Source of the DNA: Asterias amurensis
Taxonomy: Eukaryota
Length of the DNA: 64,000 nt
Direction: 5' to 3'
Assembly (NCBI RefSeq): GCF_032118995.1
Contig: NC_092652.1
Location: forward strand, 27,171,339 to 27,235,338
The translations under genes were made by a program, and so were the position numbers. Below the pieces are notes generated by a model. The model was not told where the DNA came from. It made no database searches and saw nothing but the letters and a program-made list of their open reading frames with translations. Shown piece after piece: positions 36,295 to 49,139 of the stretch (the first letter of the stretch is position 1; every line of letters begins with the position of its first letter).

Positions 36295-39200
36295 CTGAAA
36301 TAGAGACAGAAAAAGACATTTATTTGGTTGTTACATCAGTAGAAACTAAAGTTGATGTAGAAGTCTAAATATTACCAGGAGTTTACCAACGTCATATTCA
36401 TATAGGATATATGACTAAAAGGCATTGGGCAGGCGTAGCTAGGGTGTCTGGTGCCCGTGGTTGAGGTAAGATGACGGTGCACTTTCACCCACTTTGTCTT
36501 TGAAACTCTCAGCAAGTCTTACCAACACCCACCGCTTTCAAATAATCTTTGTTTTTTAATAACTTGAAAAAAGACATTGGTCGGTTTAACCATGTAGGTA
36601 GATGCATGGTTTAACGGCCAATGGGCTCACACGCGTCACATGTCCTCCCCACCCCCATAAGCCACGGTGTATTACAGGACGTGTTCACCCATGTGTTCCT
36701 CTTCATTGCATTTATTCTATCATTTAGGTCTGATAACAGACTGAAGTGTTCCTATATTTTTAGCGAGCTTTCCTAAACACGGAGACTGCGGTCACACCAA
36801 TACGACATTCATTCAAATTACATCATATGAGGAAATTATATTAGAAAGACAAATGAACGCTCATAATTGAATGAACTTAATGAAAATGCTGTCTATTGAC
36901 AAATGTGATAGTTGAAAAGTTGATTTATTTGTCACTTTATTTTTTAATTGTAAACAATATGTTTTTATTCCAACTATAGTGTAACCATGGTCAGGTAGCA
37001 AAAACCCTTTCCCTCTCTTTCATCCCATGATATTCCACTTATTGCTTCAACAGATTGCCATAAAACTCATCTCTCATCGGATATTCAAATATGACCCACT
37101 CAACAATGTCTCTTGACACTATGGAAAATATAGATTTCTGTTCACACCTGCGTAAGTTAAAGTAAATACAGGCGGCATAAGGCCAGCCGAGTCTACGCTC
37201 AATGGGCCATTGCAAAAGTTGGCTTAAAAACCGTCCCCCGCAAACCCCCCGCTAAGTTCACTGCACAAAGGCGCAAAAATTAACCCCCACGATGCAAAAA
37301 ATGTTTGCCTTAGCATGTCCCCCTTTTGAATTTCATCACCTTGCCTTATCTAGGTTAGAATTATTTTCTTTTTTAAATAAATAGATTTTTCTTGTCAGTA
37401 TCACGCGATTAAGTGTGGTCATGCACATCTTACATTTAAAACATCTCTATCCGGGTGTGAACTTCCTTTCACAATACAAATTTTGATTGATCAACAACCA
37501 AACCCCTTTCCCCCGCGTTTTCTGAATGACAGAGGCGCGCCCAAAGATCTGCACTTTCATGATTGCAATCGTGATGTCAACTTATTTTATGAATTGTTAA
37601 CGACAAAGGGTAGGGCCTAGGTCTGCCGTATCTTGTTCAAGGAAGACTTTGTCAATTTGTTTTCCCATGGGATCAATGAGAAGTTATTTTAAAGCGATAA
37701 GACTCTTTATTTGGTAATCACACTTTAAAATCATTGGCAATAAAAGCTTACTTAGAAGTAGGCATAGATCAGTTTTCGATAGAATAAAGCATTTTGATAT
37801 TAATTTCACTTCGAAGTATTAAAATGTGCTTATGGAAACATTTATCAGTTTTTATGCCCCCAAATTTGTGTGTATTCCAATTACAGAGTATTCTTCCTGC
37901 TCCGGATTTTCGACAATTTCTCAAAAACGTTACCAACTTTTGAGATGAAATTTTCTCAGGTTAGTTGTTTTGTGTAATATCTAACATTTTTATAGGATTA
38001 AACAATCGAACGGCCCAAAAACCAAAGGGGTGTGTGTGTCCTTTTAACATAATCCGTCCATGATTTGGAACAATCTCCCTCCTGCGCCATTAGGGAATCT
38101 GATACCCTATCTGCTTTTCGTAAAGTCCTTAAGACTCACCCTTTTCCCACTTAATTTCTTTCTATAGTGCGCTATGAATAGCGCCTTATAAATTTTAATT
38201 GTTATGTTATGTTATAATAATAGCCTCTTTTCAGTCGGATAATAGTTTATCGACACTTTATTTGAGCAGGCAAGGGAAACAAGATGGTACAAAGTATCCC
38301 AACAACATGAAACTTTGTAAAAGATAGTCATCACCACTTTTTTGGACGACACTTTGCTTTCCTCGATAAACTTATAGTGTAAATCAAGTTCAATACACGA
38401 ACGTTCATAGGCCCATGTAGCTAAACTTGACACTTTCGACCACAACTTTTCCTGGTTAACCAGTTTCCTATATTCCTGGGACAAACTTGTACTGTCTTTG
38501 CGTTGGAAAGTGTAGAATAGAACTGACAGTGACAGTGAATTAGAGGTTACAACTTACAACATACCAATCCGGTACGTCATCGTGTGAGGTCAAGGGTCAT
38601 TTGTTCCAAGGCTGTGGGCAAATCTTTACTTATTCTGCATGTACTAACCATTGGACTAAGACATTGGGATTGGAATGTCACTAACTGTGCCCAATTTCAA
38701 GATCATTGCTCTGCTTTCTGTTGGCTTATGAGCTTACTACGGACCAGTGTGCTTTACATGGCACCGTAAGCGCAGAATTTCACGGTAGGCACGGAACCAT
38801 GAAATTGAGCCCTTGAGCTTAAATCCCTCGTTAGTAGGCCAATCACTTCTCGTGTTTGTTTTAGCCTACATACCATATCCTGTGTGATTGTGCTTCCTTG
38901 AAGTTCGACAATGGTAGGACATTTTCAGTTTTAGTTAAAGACCAGCATTTTTTTAACCTATGTAACCCAACATATACATTCCTTACAACAAATAACAAAC
39001 CTGTGGAAGTTGAAGACCAGTTAATGAGTCACCAACAAAATAACAACCTGTGAAAGTTTAAACACAGTTAATGAGTCACCAGAAGTGAAAATTACCTCAA
39101 TGACTCATTGTGTTCAAGAAATAGGGATTATGTTCAACACTGAACTTAGCTGGACTAGTTTTTTTTTTTTTTACTGGTTCTTTGGTGTTCCAACTGACAT

Positions 39201-41829
39201 TATTAGGTCAGCGGGCTATGCAGTGTTTATGGAGAATGTATGATCATAAGATTGGGTTATGTGGGCTAGCTTTACCTCACTTATAATGTCAGTATGTCGT
39301 ACAAGAAACACTTACATGGGACATGGGGTTCCCCTCATGGCTCATATTGCCGTGTTTTGCTTACAGAAGGAAGTTGTTTTTGTTGCCTACTTTCTGGCTA
39401 CGTGCGTTTTCAACAATGTAAAAATAATGTAGACCGTAATAAATGTACATCGTGCCATGGTCCCAGTGACTGGCCGATTGGCTAGATAAGCCTTGGGCTG
39501 CAACCACTGAACCAATACCCGGTAATGTCAGGGCAAAGCAAGATTACGTTCATTCCGGTAGACCGAGGTAGAACCGGCTCTGCAAAGCTAGAGTACATTA
39601 TAAGGTCATATCGGTACAAGGATATCGGTATGGAATTGCACGGCGAGTGCCTAGCTCTATGGTGAGTGTAGGCCTACAATCAATTCCAATGAACTTGACC
39701 GGTCATGTCCCCTTGGTACACGCCAAGTCCACAACCATAATTGTAACTGGTCAAGGGCATGGACGAGGAATGTTATCTTGAATTGATTACCAATACCGAG
39801 TCTTTTACTTAGTTTGTTTCTTTAATTTCCTCAATGCTTAGATCAATGTTGTCTGTAGTGTTAGATCAATGTTGTCTGTAGTGTTGTCCCTTCCTCTTAT
39901 CGCTGCGGTGTTTTGTTGTGGGTATAGTTTTTTGTTTTCAATAGTCTGATTTTGCTTGTGTTTTAATGATTTCTATTCTGTGATTCTTAAATGTTTCAGT
40001 GCAATCACCTTTTTATATTGTATAATTATATTTTTATCGTTGGCAGGGGTCTGGTTTTACACATCTTTTGATGACAGTTTTATACTTTTGTTTTAGCCTT
40101 GACAGCCCCTGTACAACTTGCAACTATTGTGTATGTCTAAAGATTTAAAATAAATAAATAAATAAAATCGAAAGCCTCGTTTACCAGCGGCTTTGTATTG
40201 TTTAATACACACCTGTACTTGGACACCCCTATGTTCCGACTTACTATACGACGCACCTAGTGTATTTTCCTATCCCTAACCATAATCTTACCATCATAAA
40301 CCCTACTACCAAGTAAACTACGATTTTTTTTTCTTCGGAGGGGTGTCGGAACATAATATTATAGGGGTGTCGGAATATCAAACAGTTACCATTATAAGAG
40401 GTCCAACAACTGGATATTAACGAAATGAGTGTTTGGACAAAAATTTCAAAATACTTTTTTTTCTAGTACATCATAGAACTTAGGGTCTGTGAACCTTGAT
40501 GTAATCAACACGTTTGTCGTCTGTGCGGCACCTAAATGTTTAAGTTGACTCGGATACCATTTACTTCCGTTGTTGTAAAAACTAAAAAGGACTCGACCAC
40601 TGGGCTGAGTGGTCAATGTCGTTCCACGTTTATTTAATCTCGGTATAATCTTCTTCGTCAAGAAGTTTCTGCTTTTATATAAGATGTCCGTGAAGATCAA
40701 GCGAGGAGGATGGTGGCGATGAGTATTAATTTTAGGAGTTGTATAATTGGTTTTAAGACTCTCTATATAAAATCAAAAACTCTCGGGAAAAAAAATCACC
40801 ACTAAAAGGTAAAAGCTCGCTTAATTTTAAAGCTCAACAAAAGTATTTAGTCTGAATGCAGAAATTAGGTTTGGAAGAAATATGGATCCATGGAACAAAA
40901 GTTTGGTGAAATCATTGGCCATTAATTAAAAAAACACTGTCAAATTCCCCTATTGAAAGAAACATGCGATGTTTGACCTTTTGTGGTGTTTATTTTTGGT
41001 ATGGTTTGAAATAAAGGAGGCGGAAAGAACAAAACAAACAAACAAACAAACAAACCTACCATCAGTGAAAAACTTACAACTTTTAAAAGTAAAAAAAAAA
41101 TGTATGTTAGGCCTAATTACATTTTTGTCGCACCCTGCAAGCTTGGGAACCAAATTTGTAACTTAAAAAAAACCAATTTGACTAAATGTTTCACTCAAAC
41201 TAAGTTTTCCTTTAAATAAAAAAATAAATAAATAAAGGTGATGCATTTCAAGTTTTATTTACGATTTTTTTTAAATTATTATAACAAAAACTCAGCAAAA
41301 TTAATTTTTTTTCACGCTTTTCCAGACTGGCGCCAAAAATACAATAAGATCCATTCCTGCGGAGACAGTTTTCAAGGTTGGGAAACCGTGCATCATTCCA
41401 TGCCAATACAACTCCATTTTGAATCCAAGAACATCCAGACTACATTTTGCTCCAAATGTGTCTTATGAAAGTGTATATATCCAGCTTGGGCTGTAGGCTG
41501 TTTAGAGTCACGCGTTAAAAACACATTTTCATTAATTTGTAGTGTGCTCCAAAACCAGACACAGACGAGAAATTGTTTTACAAAAGTGTGTTAAGGGCTA
41601 GCAGTTCAGTTTTGACGAACGCAACAAGGGCAGGCAACGAAAAGTTTTACAAGAGCCGTAATTGTATTTTACAAGGTTTGACGCGAATTGAACATAAGCA
41701 ATACAAGTTATACAATTAAGTTACAACATTCTACAAGATAATGCTGGAAAAAAATGTTCCATTTGAGACGAGTGAAAAAACAATCAATCAATAGAACCCT
41801 TTTTATAAAAAATCAACAATAACTAAAAA

Positions 41830-41905
41830 AAGGGGATTCGAACCACCCCATGCTAGCTCTAGAATTGCACAAGTCGTGGGTTCGAGTCCCACATGAGTAA
41901 TGACT
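41830..41905 (+). mobile_element. tRNA-like fragment with a perfect T-arm (GTGGGTTCGAGTCCCAC), probably a SINE head
   Basis: 'ggggattcgaaccaccc…gtcgtgggttcgagtcccacatgag'. Confidence 0.35.
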
Positions 41906-42148
41906 GTGATTGTTTTCCACAGAGGTCGGGAATGTACTGAGTATACAGTGCTGATACACATCGGTGTATATCTTTGTCCCGATACATATTTTTATTTATC
42001 AATAATAAAAACCTATCAACAGAACCTGTTGTTAAACCACGATTGATATTTAAAAAAAACAAAATACAAAAAAAACGAACACATTTTTTAAAATGATATT
42101 AAACAATGAAATTATGAAAGCAATATTTTAATTAGTAAAATAAATTAC

Positions 42149-42512
42149 CTTGCTTCTCTCCGAATGGTCCTGGGAAACAGGTATCTTTACCCACGATGTT
42201 CTCCTCCACGTAGCGTAGGATTTGATGTCGCTCATCCTCCTCATCTTTCTTATCTCCATCTCCAGCGACAGTAACTCCTGATAAGTTAGTGATGGTAATC
42301 ATTGGTCGGTCATCCAGCTCAAAGCGACACTCCTTCGGTGAAACAGGCGGTGAGAAATGAACAGCACCTTGGCTTCCAGGCTCAAGCTCAAACCGGCATT
42401 GCTTGGGAGAAACTGGGGTGACTGGGGAACCACTGTCGTCCGGCTCACTGCTGCATTCCACGGTAGGCACTTCTGGTGTTGCTGAGGCACCCTTGTCAAC
42501 TGTCGTAGCCAT
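42149..42512 (-). CDS. SufS/CsdA-like class-V PLP enzyme gene, first coding exon. It reads MATTVDKG…HQILRYVEENIVGKDTCFPGPFGEKQ, with the ATG at 42510-42512 and the donor CAAG|gtaatt leaving +1 nt.
   Basis: A 121-codon ORF from an ATG, ending at a canonical gtaat donor. The N-terminal 95 aa are S/P/E-rich, with two tandem repeats 'VSPKQCRFELEPG…VSPKECRFELDD'. The final 'F.GPFG' segment leads directly into the conserved 'VVYCDYTASGR' of the next exon. Confidence 0.6.
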
Positions 42513-44684
42513 TGGGTTTGCTTGAGGTTCCTAACTTTAAACGTGATGAAAAACTCGACACAGTGAGTGGTGTCGGTGATTTGAGCTATTGTTTTCCAGG
42601 AGAACTCAGTAGTAGAAGATCGTTGGTTGGCTGGTACGTGTTATAGTAGTGTAGGCCTACTTGGCTGGTACGTGGTATAGCAGTGTAGGCCTACTGGTCA
42701 GTGCTTCAGGGGAACCCACTTACCCAACTTTACTCCCTACATGAAGGTTGGACCTAAACACATGCAATAGTCCTCGATTCTTGGTGGTGCTTCAAAACAC
42801 TATTGTCAGTACACAACGGAGTACCCTCTTGATAACAAACGACAATACGTATTCGCAGATTAGAGGTGGTTTGTTAACTGGTTTATAGTCAAGCGATTGC
42901 CGTGGTATGCTGGCTAACACCACTACTGCTCTGGCTGTATACTTGAATGAACGGGACGCAGGGTATGCTGACGGTGTTGCTCTGTTGGCCTTCACGCTGT
43001 AAAGCTGGTTCCCTTTATGGGCTTTGGGTTTAACCACAGGTGGAACTTGCCTTCTGGTATGTTTGATGTTGTGATAGACGGATTACATGCAGTTTGTTTA
43101 TGTGGTAATGTTTTTATAGTTATCACAGTTGTGTGTTGATACTAGACGGTGGTGAGGAATTGTTCTCTGAACACGATGACGCTATCACAATGCTGATCCA
43201 TGACCCACTGGCCACTCTTCAAATTCCACAAGGTTCAATCATGGAGTATGAATAAACTTCGATGAATCAAGTGAGAGTTCAATTGTGTTTTATTGCTGGT
43301 GTGAAAGAGACAAACTTTCCAACCGATTGAGTCCGTGGGTGTATCTGGTCATCTACCTCCATGATCTGTTACACATTGTACCCATATTTGTACCTATTGA
43401 CACAGAAAACTTTCCGCAAACTATTGTGCCCCAAAGATTTATAAAAAATATGGAAAAGATCGAAGTTAGTATGTTCATGTTCCTATCATGAGGGTAGAAA
43501 TGTTCCTACCAGTTACTACTTTTGATGTTGATTTTATATCCGAGTAGAATAAGGATTATGAATTCAATAACGGAAGGTGTTCTTAATCTGTAAGGCCAAG
43601 GTAAAGTCACGACCGGGCGGCGGGGTCTCTTGTAGTGGTCAACACACCCTGAAGGGGGCACTAAGCGCCCCATGACCGACTCCATGTGTTTTAAAGCAGG
43701 CTTCAGAAACACCACGTTGGGGTGGGGCAGGGGATTTTGTCTGAAGTTTGCGAAATTTCTCAAACAACTTTTGATAATACTCTGGACCTTTTTTCAAACA
43801 CAAGGTTGACGAGATAACTCTTAGATTAGCGTGTAGAGAAAACATATTACTCAGCTGAAAATACCCTTTTCAATTTACTAAAAACGCTGTAGTCCTACTC
43901 AACATAATGGACTCAACACAATTTTCTTTTACGAATGATCTTTGTGTTAATATTGTCCTTTATATTCATAGTCTCATAGTTTAATAGGGATAAGCCTCTC
44001 TTAAAACAAATAGTGTGGTGAAGTGATAATCATGGTCGCCTCCTGTCTTTTGATGTGGTTGGTGTAGTGGAATTTGAGTGCAGCTAGTTTGCCATATTAA
44101 CACACAAAAATCAATTAACCAAAACAACCCTTATTGACCAAAATAACAAAAGCTTACCAATGCGTAATGGATCGAGTTACGATCTTGGACAATACAATAA
44201 CTATATCTAGCGGAGGCCGTCCAGGGAAAGGACAAAGTATATTTTTAAATGTCGAAAAAAAAATACGCACTCCCAGACCTTGCTAATTTAAAAGAGACGG
44301 CAAAATTGAAAGCAACAAGAAAAAGTAGCGGTGCTTGGGGGGGGGGGGGGGGTAGGGGGCAAGTTGTTTGTCCCCTGCCCCTTGATTAATGCCCTCACTT
44401 TCCCAGTCAATTTAGCTAGTTCCCTGATGGCCAGAATTAAATTGAACCCCAAACCACATTAATGTAATTATGATCACGTTCCTCCAGCTACAGAGAAACC
44501 TTGCTGTAAATCTGTCATTGGTTGGTCAGCCAATGTTTTTTGAGCAGGACAAAATGGCATTCGCCCCAAAGAAATTTAAGCTTGACCTCAACCCCTAGAC
44601 CATGCCTAGACTGACAGGCCTGAAGTCGATTTCACCAAGATAGTCCGATTTAGGAACAGTCCTATTCGACGCAGTCCTATAAAA

Positions 44685-45242
44685 GCACTGGACAACACTA
44701 TTGGTTATTAAGCACTGGACAACACTATTGGTTATTAAGCACTGGACAACACTATTGGTTATTAAGCACTGGACAACACTATTGGTTATTAAGCACTGGA
44801 CAACACTATTGGTTATTAAGCACTGGACAACACTATTGGTTATTAAGCACTGGACAACACTATTGGTTATTAAGCACTGGACAACACTATTGGTTATTAA
44901 GCACTGGAAAACACTATCGGTTATTACTATAAAAACATTTTAGCTTACAAACTTACTCGGTAAAGATCAATGTAGAGCTGTATAAAACTTTGTGAGAAAG
45001 AAGTAATTTTTCACTAAAATATTTTAATATAATTCCAGACCTCAGCTGAGGTCTCGAATTCACGCATCTGAAAGCACATAGCTTGTGCAACAAGGGTGGT
45101 TTTTTTTCATCCATTGTTCTCTCGCAACTTCGATGACCAACCGAGTTCAAGTTTTCACATGTTTGGTATTTTATGCATGTTGAGATACACCAAGTGAGAA
45201 GACTGGTCTTTGACATTAACCAAAGGTTCCCAGTGCCTTTAA
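44685..45242 (+). mobile_element. MITE family A copy whose 5' TIR region has been amplified into a 27-bp tandem array (44685-44930, about 9 units of 'GCACTGGACAACACTATTGGTTATTAA'). The normal MITE body and 3' TIR follow, ending '…ccaaaggttcccagtgccttt'.
   Basis: The tandem unit is a diverged copy of the family-A terminus 'AGGCAGTGGACACTATTGGTAATTAC'. The body from 44940 to 45242 matches the family interior, including 'cagacctcagctgaggtctcgaatt'. Confidence 0.7.
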
Positions 45243-46241
45243 GGCTAGTCCTAAGTTAGGACGAGTAACTTGTCCGAACTGGATATAAGTTTAGTTTTAA
45301 CTCTTTGTGAAACCCATCCCTGGTATCGCCGTACAAAAGATATTCTAGTCTTTGTACAATTGGGACACAAATATTGTCTGCTCATGGAGGCTAGGCTGGG
45401 TTTGGGGGCTGTTTTTGGAACCTGGTTTTGGAGTTGGCCATTGAAGTTGGGCATGGATTGAGTAAAGTGAATGGACAATCTAACTACAAAGTTGATCTAT
45501 ACAAAGCGAGCCAGGTTAATAGTATTTACACATTCATATTTCAACCTTGAGCTCTACATCTCTATCCACTACGGATGCAAATGTGTCCGAGCGGACACAA
45601 TTGCATTATGCAGCAGCGTCCGGGCGGACCCGATTGCATATGCAAAACCGTCCGGCAGACATTATTGCATATGCAATAACGTTCTCCGGATAGTATTGCA
45701 TAGAGGACATAAACTGTATGCGACACCAGACTGTGTGTACGGTAGTGATAATACCTTTTCAAGGGTTATGACTTAGGAAGTCCACGGAGATGACCCTGGG
45801 TTGGAGGGTGATGACTTTTAGTGTTGCTTTGTGTGTATTTTAAATCATTTCTAAAAGTCGAATAAATCAACGGTACGATTATAACAAACACTGACAATCA
45901 GTTTATATTCTTTCGGAGTCTGTTTGTGATATGAATTTTGAGTTGAATTGAGCGAGGTTACCTACATCATTAGAGACATTTTGAAAGGCAACTCAGAAAT
46001 TGTCATCCAAGTTTGTATCTGAAGAAAAGACAAATCTTTAAGATGGAAACATCTCATAAAGACGTTTGTCTATATAGCTGTAATAAGATGTGGTCGTTTT
46101 TGTTTATTTTATTATAGCAGTCTATCATTACAATAAAAATACGTCACACATTTATTTCAATGCCTTGATGTTTGTAAAACAAAGAACACTCAGAGGGTTT
46201 TGAAACTTTGCTCGACAGGAAAACAAGACTCTTTGGCAACA

Positions 46242-46538
46242 CCAACTATCTCTCTCATCATAGGGCCCAATTTCATAGCGCTGCTTAGCGGCAGATTTGT
46301 GCTTACTGTGCAATTTCCATTTCATAGCGCTGCTAACCGTAAGCACACGAAAAGGCGTGCTTACCTTCCGGTGCTTACTGCACGAGACGGAATGATGTCA
46401 CAATGCAAATCCATGGAAAACGCGCAATATGGCCGCCCAAGTTTTCTGCTAACCTGTGAAATATGCTTGCCCCTCAGCTAGAGTAAGAACGAAAATTTGC
46501 TTATCGTTAAGCAGCGCCATGAAACTGGGCCCTGTTGT
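46242..46538. mobile_element. MITE family C (about 300 bp) with roughly 29-bp TIRs 'GGGCCCAATTTCATAGCGCTGCTTAGCGG … CGTTAAGCAGCGCCATGAAACTGGGCCC'
   Basis: The terminal inverted repeats can be read directly. A related terminal fragment occurs at 16665-16712 ('caggggccaatttcatagagctgcttaaacgg'). Confidence 0.55.
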
Positions 46539-47763
46539 GGTGGTTCTGTCTCTTAAAGTTTGCGGCAACATCAAAACTAAAGATATCGGATATAGTTGTG
46601 GTGTTTTTTTTTACTTTTTGAAACGAAATCCATGGTTTAACCACGACGTTTCAACCAGCATTTTGGTCAATATGGTGGCATAGTGTGGTGCTTTCCATAG
46701 CATTCAAAGCATGGTTTCTATGCATATCAGTTTCTAATAAACTAAGGACAGATCCTCCAATATTTCAGGCGAGGTTTACACACCCTTTTACGTTTTTTGG
46801 AAAAGCCGTCCACCGCATGACTGCAATAATATTTGACCCTTTTGATTGACAGCCAACCCGGATGTCTGGAGTGCGGTACTTGACTGAATTATTGCGGGTA
46901 CACATAGTGTCCTAAGCCCACAGGTCAAGGGGCCAAGACACTTCACACACCCTTCTGCCTTTAATACTCTATGCTTCTCTCTAGCTATATCACCCTAGAA
47001 CTCCAAGACGCGTTTACACTGGATCCAGAAAAGTGGAGGGCTAACTGGGATTTTAAATATTTAATCGCCCCGTGTAAATTTCTGGAGTATAAATACAACA
47101 AAGGTTTTGAGAACACAGTACACTTATGTCATTGGATGAGTAAACAAAAGCAGGAGTTTGTACATGATAACGAGATTATGTCACGAGGATAAGATCGCCC
47201 CCAGGGGGAGTAGAGAACCTCAGGTGCACCAATGTGTGGTCAGGGGGTATATTCAATGGGGTCGAGGGGGGGGGGGGGGGGGACTTGAGACTGATTAATA
47301 TCCGAAATAATGGAGCAGATTTCTGTTCAGACCATGGCACGGGGTAGATTGATTAGATAGTAGATTTTATGGGTTGACCTTTTGGTTTTTTTTTTTTCGG
47401 GGGGGGGGGGATTTGAGACCTTTTATTGCAGTATCCGAAAGGAAATATTGGAGCAGAATTCGAGTGCTCAGTAAGGGCCATTCAGATTATTCAATGCTAC
47501 AAAATTTCGAACTATTTTCGAAAATGTTTCGATCTTGACACAATGAATGGCTTCATAATAATTAGGATCCCCCAGCTAACCGCTGATTTCACAATGACAA
47601 GAATAATTATTGTCATCTAGTTACTGAATCACAATTTCTTGATTTGTGTAATTCATAATCATAGACGTTAAACCAATGTTTGTGAGAGAGATTGGTTGTT
47701 GCCAGCTTGGTGTTTATATCCCTTGTGGGAGTTTGCCGAGTTCCCTTGATGGGAAGATCATCT

Positions 47764-47958
47764 AAACAAACAAACAAACAAACAAACAAACAAACAAACA
47801 AACAAACAAACAAACAAACAAACAAACAAACAAACAAACAAACAAACAAACAAACAAACAAACAAACAAACAAACAAACAAACAAACAAACAAACAAACA
47901 AACAAACAAACAAAAAACAAACAAACAAACAAACAAACAAACACACAAACAAACAAAC
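47764..47958. repeat. (CAAA)n / (CAAACAAA)n microsatellite, about 195 bp
   Basis: It can be read directly. It explains the overlapping 'QTNKQTNK' and 'VCLFVCLF' ORFs. Confidence 0.95.
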
Positions 47959-49139
47959 CTGTACACAGAGGAGCAAAGTAATGTCTCAAATGAAGCATGT
48001 ATTTTAGATTAAAGGTCTCAAACACCCATCGTTGTCAATGACTTTTACTGGATTAAACAAACAACTTTTACTTTGTACTTAATATAAACCCTTGCCCAAT
48101 TGTGCTGGTTTTCCCCCAGTTTAAGAGTTTTCCTCCCACATTTAAAACCTCAATGTTAATACTCAGTTATTGCGCTGTGGCATTCGCGTTCTCAACACGT
48201 TGTGTTTTAGTTTGTATGCATTTATGCGTATCGTTTATGGTTAGACTATAATCTCGAACAAATTTAAACATATGGATGGGATGTTTCTTTATTGTCATGT
48301 TTTAGCTAATACAACAGCTGTTTAGAATAATGTTGAACATCACAGACAATAAAAAGCTATAAAAATTAATTATCTTCATCCATTACCCACTCAAGGGTGT
48401 TGCCAGCACATGTGCATTTAATACAATATTGCTTATAAGTTGGCTTTTTGATTAACATAGGCACCACAAATGTAAAAAAATAACTATAATAAAAATTCAA
48501 GACATAAATTACTCTTATTTCCAGAAAGAATGTCTATTTTAAAGATTATTTAATTTAGGGGCCACCATGACTTTTACAAATTAGGGATTGACCCCCAAGT
48601 GTTTTTTCAAAACCAAAGGTGCAGACCTTTGCCTTAGGTTCCGTCTTCGGTTTCGAAACTGTTTGATTTTGACCATTGCAGACCACGTTTCGAAAAGACA
48701 AAGTTTGCAAGGACAATCTTGAAACTACAGGGGTGCTTTCAGAGTTTGTGTTTGGGTTTTGAGTTTACTTCAAAGAATTTGATTCCAGATTTCAACTCGA
48801 CAGTGATAATTTCCCCGAACGAAAAGTTTCGGTAGGCCTATTCGGTCAGACCATCATCATCATCATCATCATTCTCTGTGGACCATCAAGGGGGACGTAG
48901 AGCCGCCCAAACCAGACGATTGCTTGCAGACAGCCACAGCTGCTGTGCCGGCGAGTGGTGGTCGACTTCTAGCTGGCGCAACCAGGTGTTGCGTGGTCGC
49001 CCTCTGGGTCTCTTCCAGGCAGGGCCAGGACGTAGACTATGAACATTCGGCATGGGGTAGATTTGATGGGTGGAATGGGGGTTTGGTACTTGTGGGGTGG
49101 ATTGGGTATGGGCATGGAGGTAGTTCTACCTCCATGGTG

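Noticed and set aside
44685-44930. Regular 27-bp direct-repeat array that superficially resembles a CRISPR array
   Set aside because: The units are contiguous with no spacers, the context is eukaryotic, and the unit is derived from a MITE terminal inverted repeat. It is a tandem satellite.
47613-48025. Overlapping ORFs rich in 'QTNK' and 'VCLF' repeats
   Set aside because: They are translations of the (CAAA)n microsatellite.
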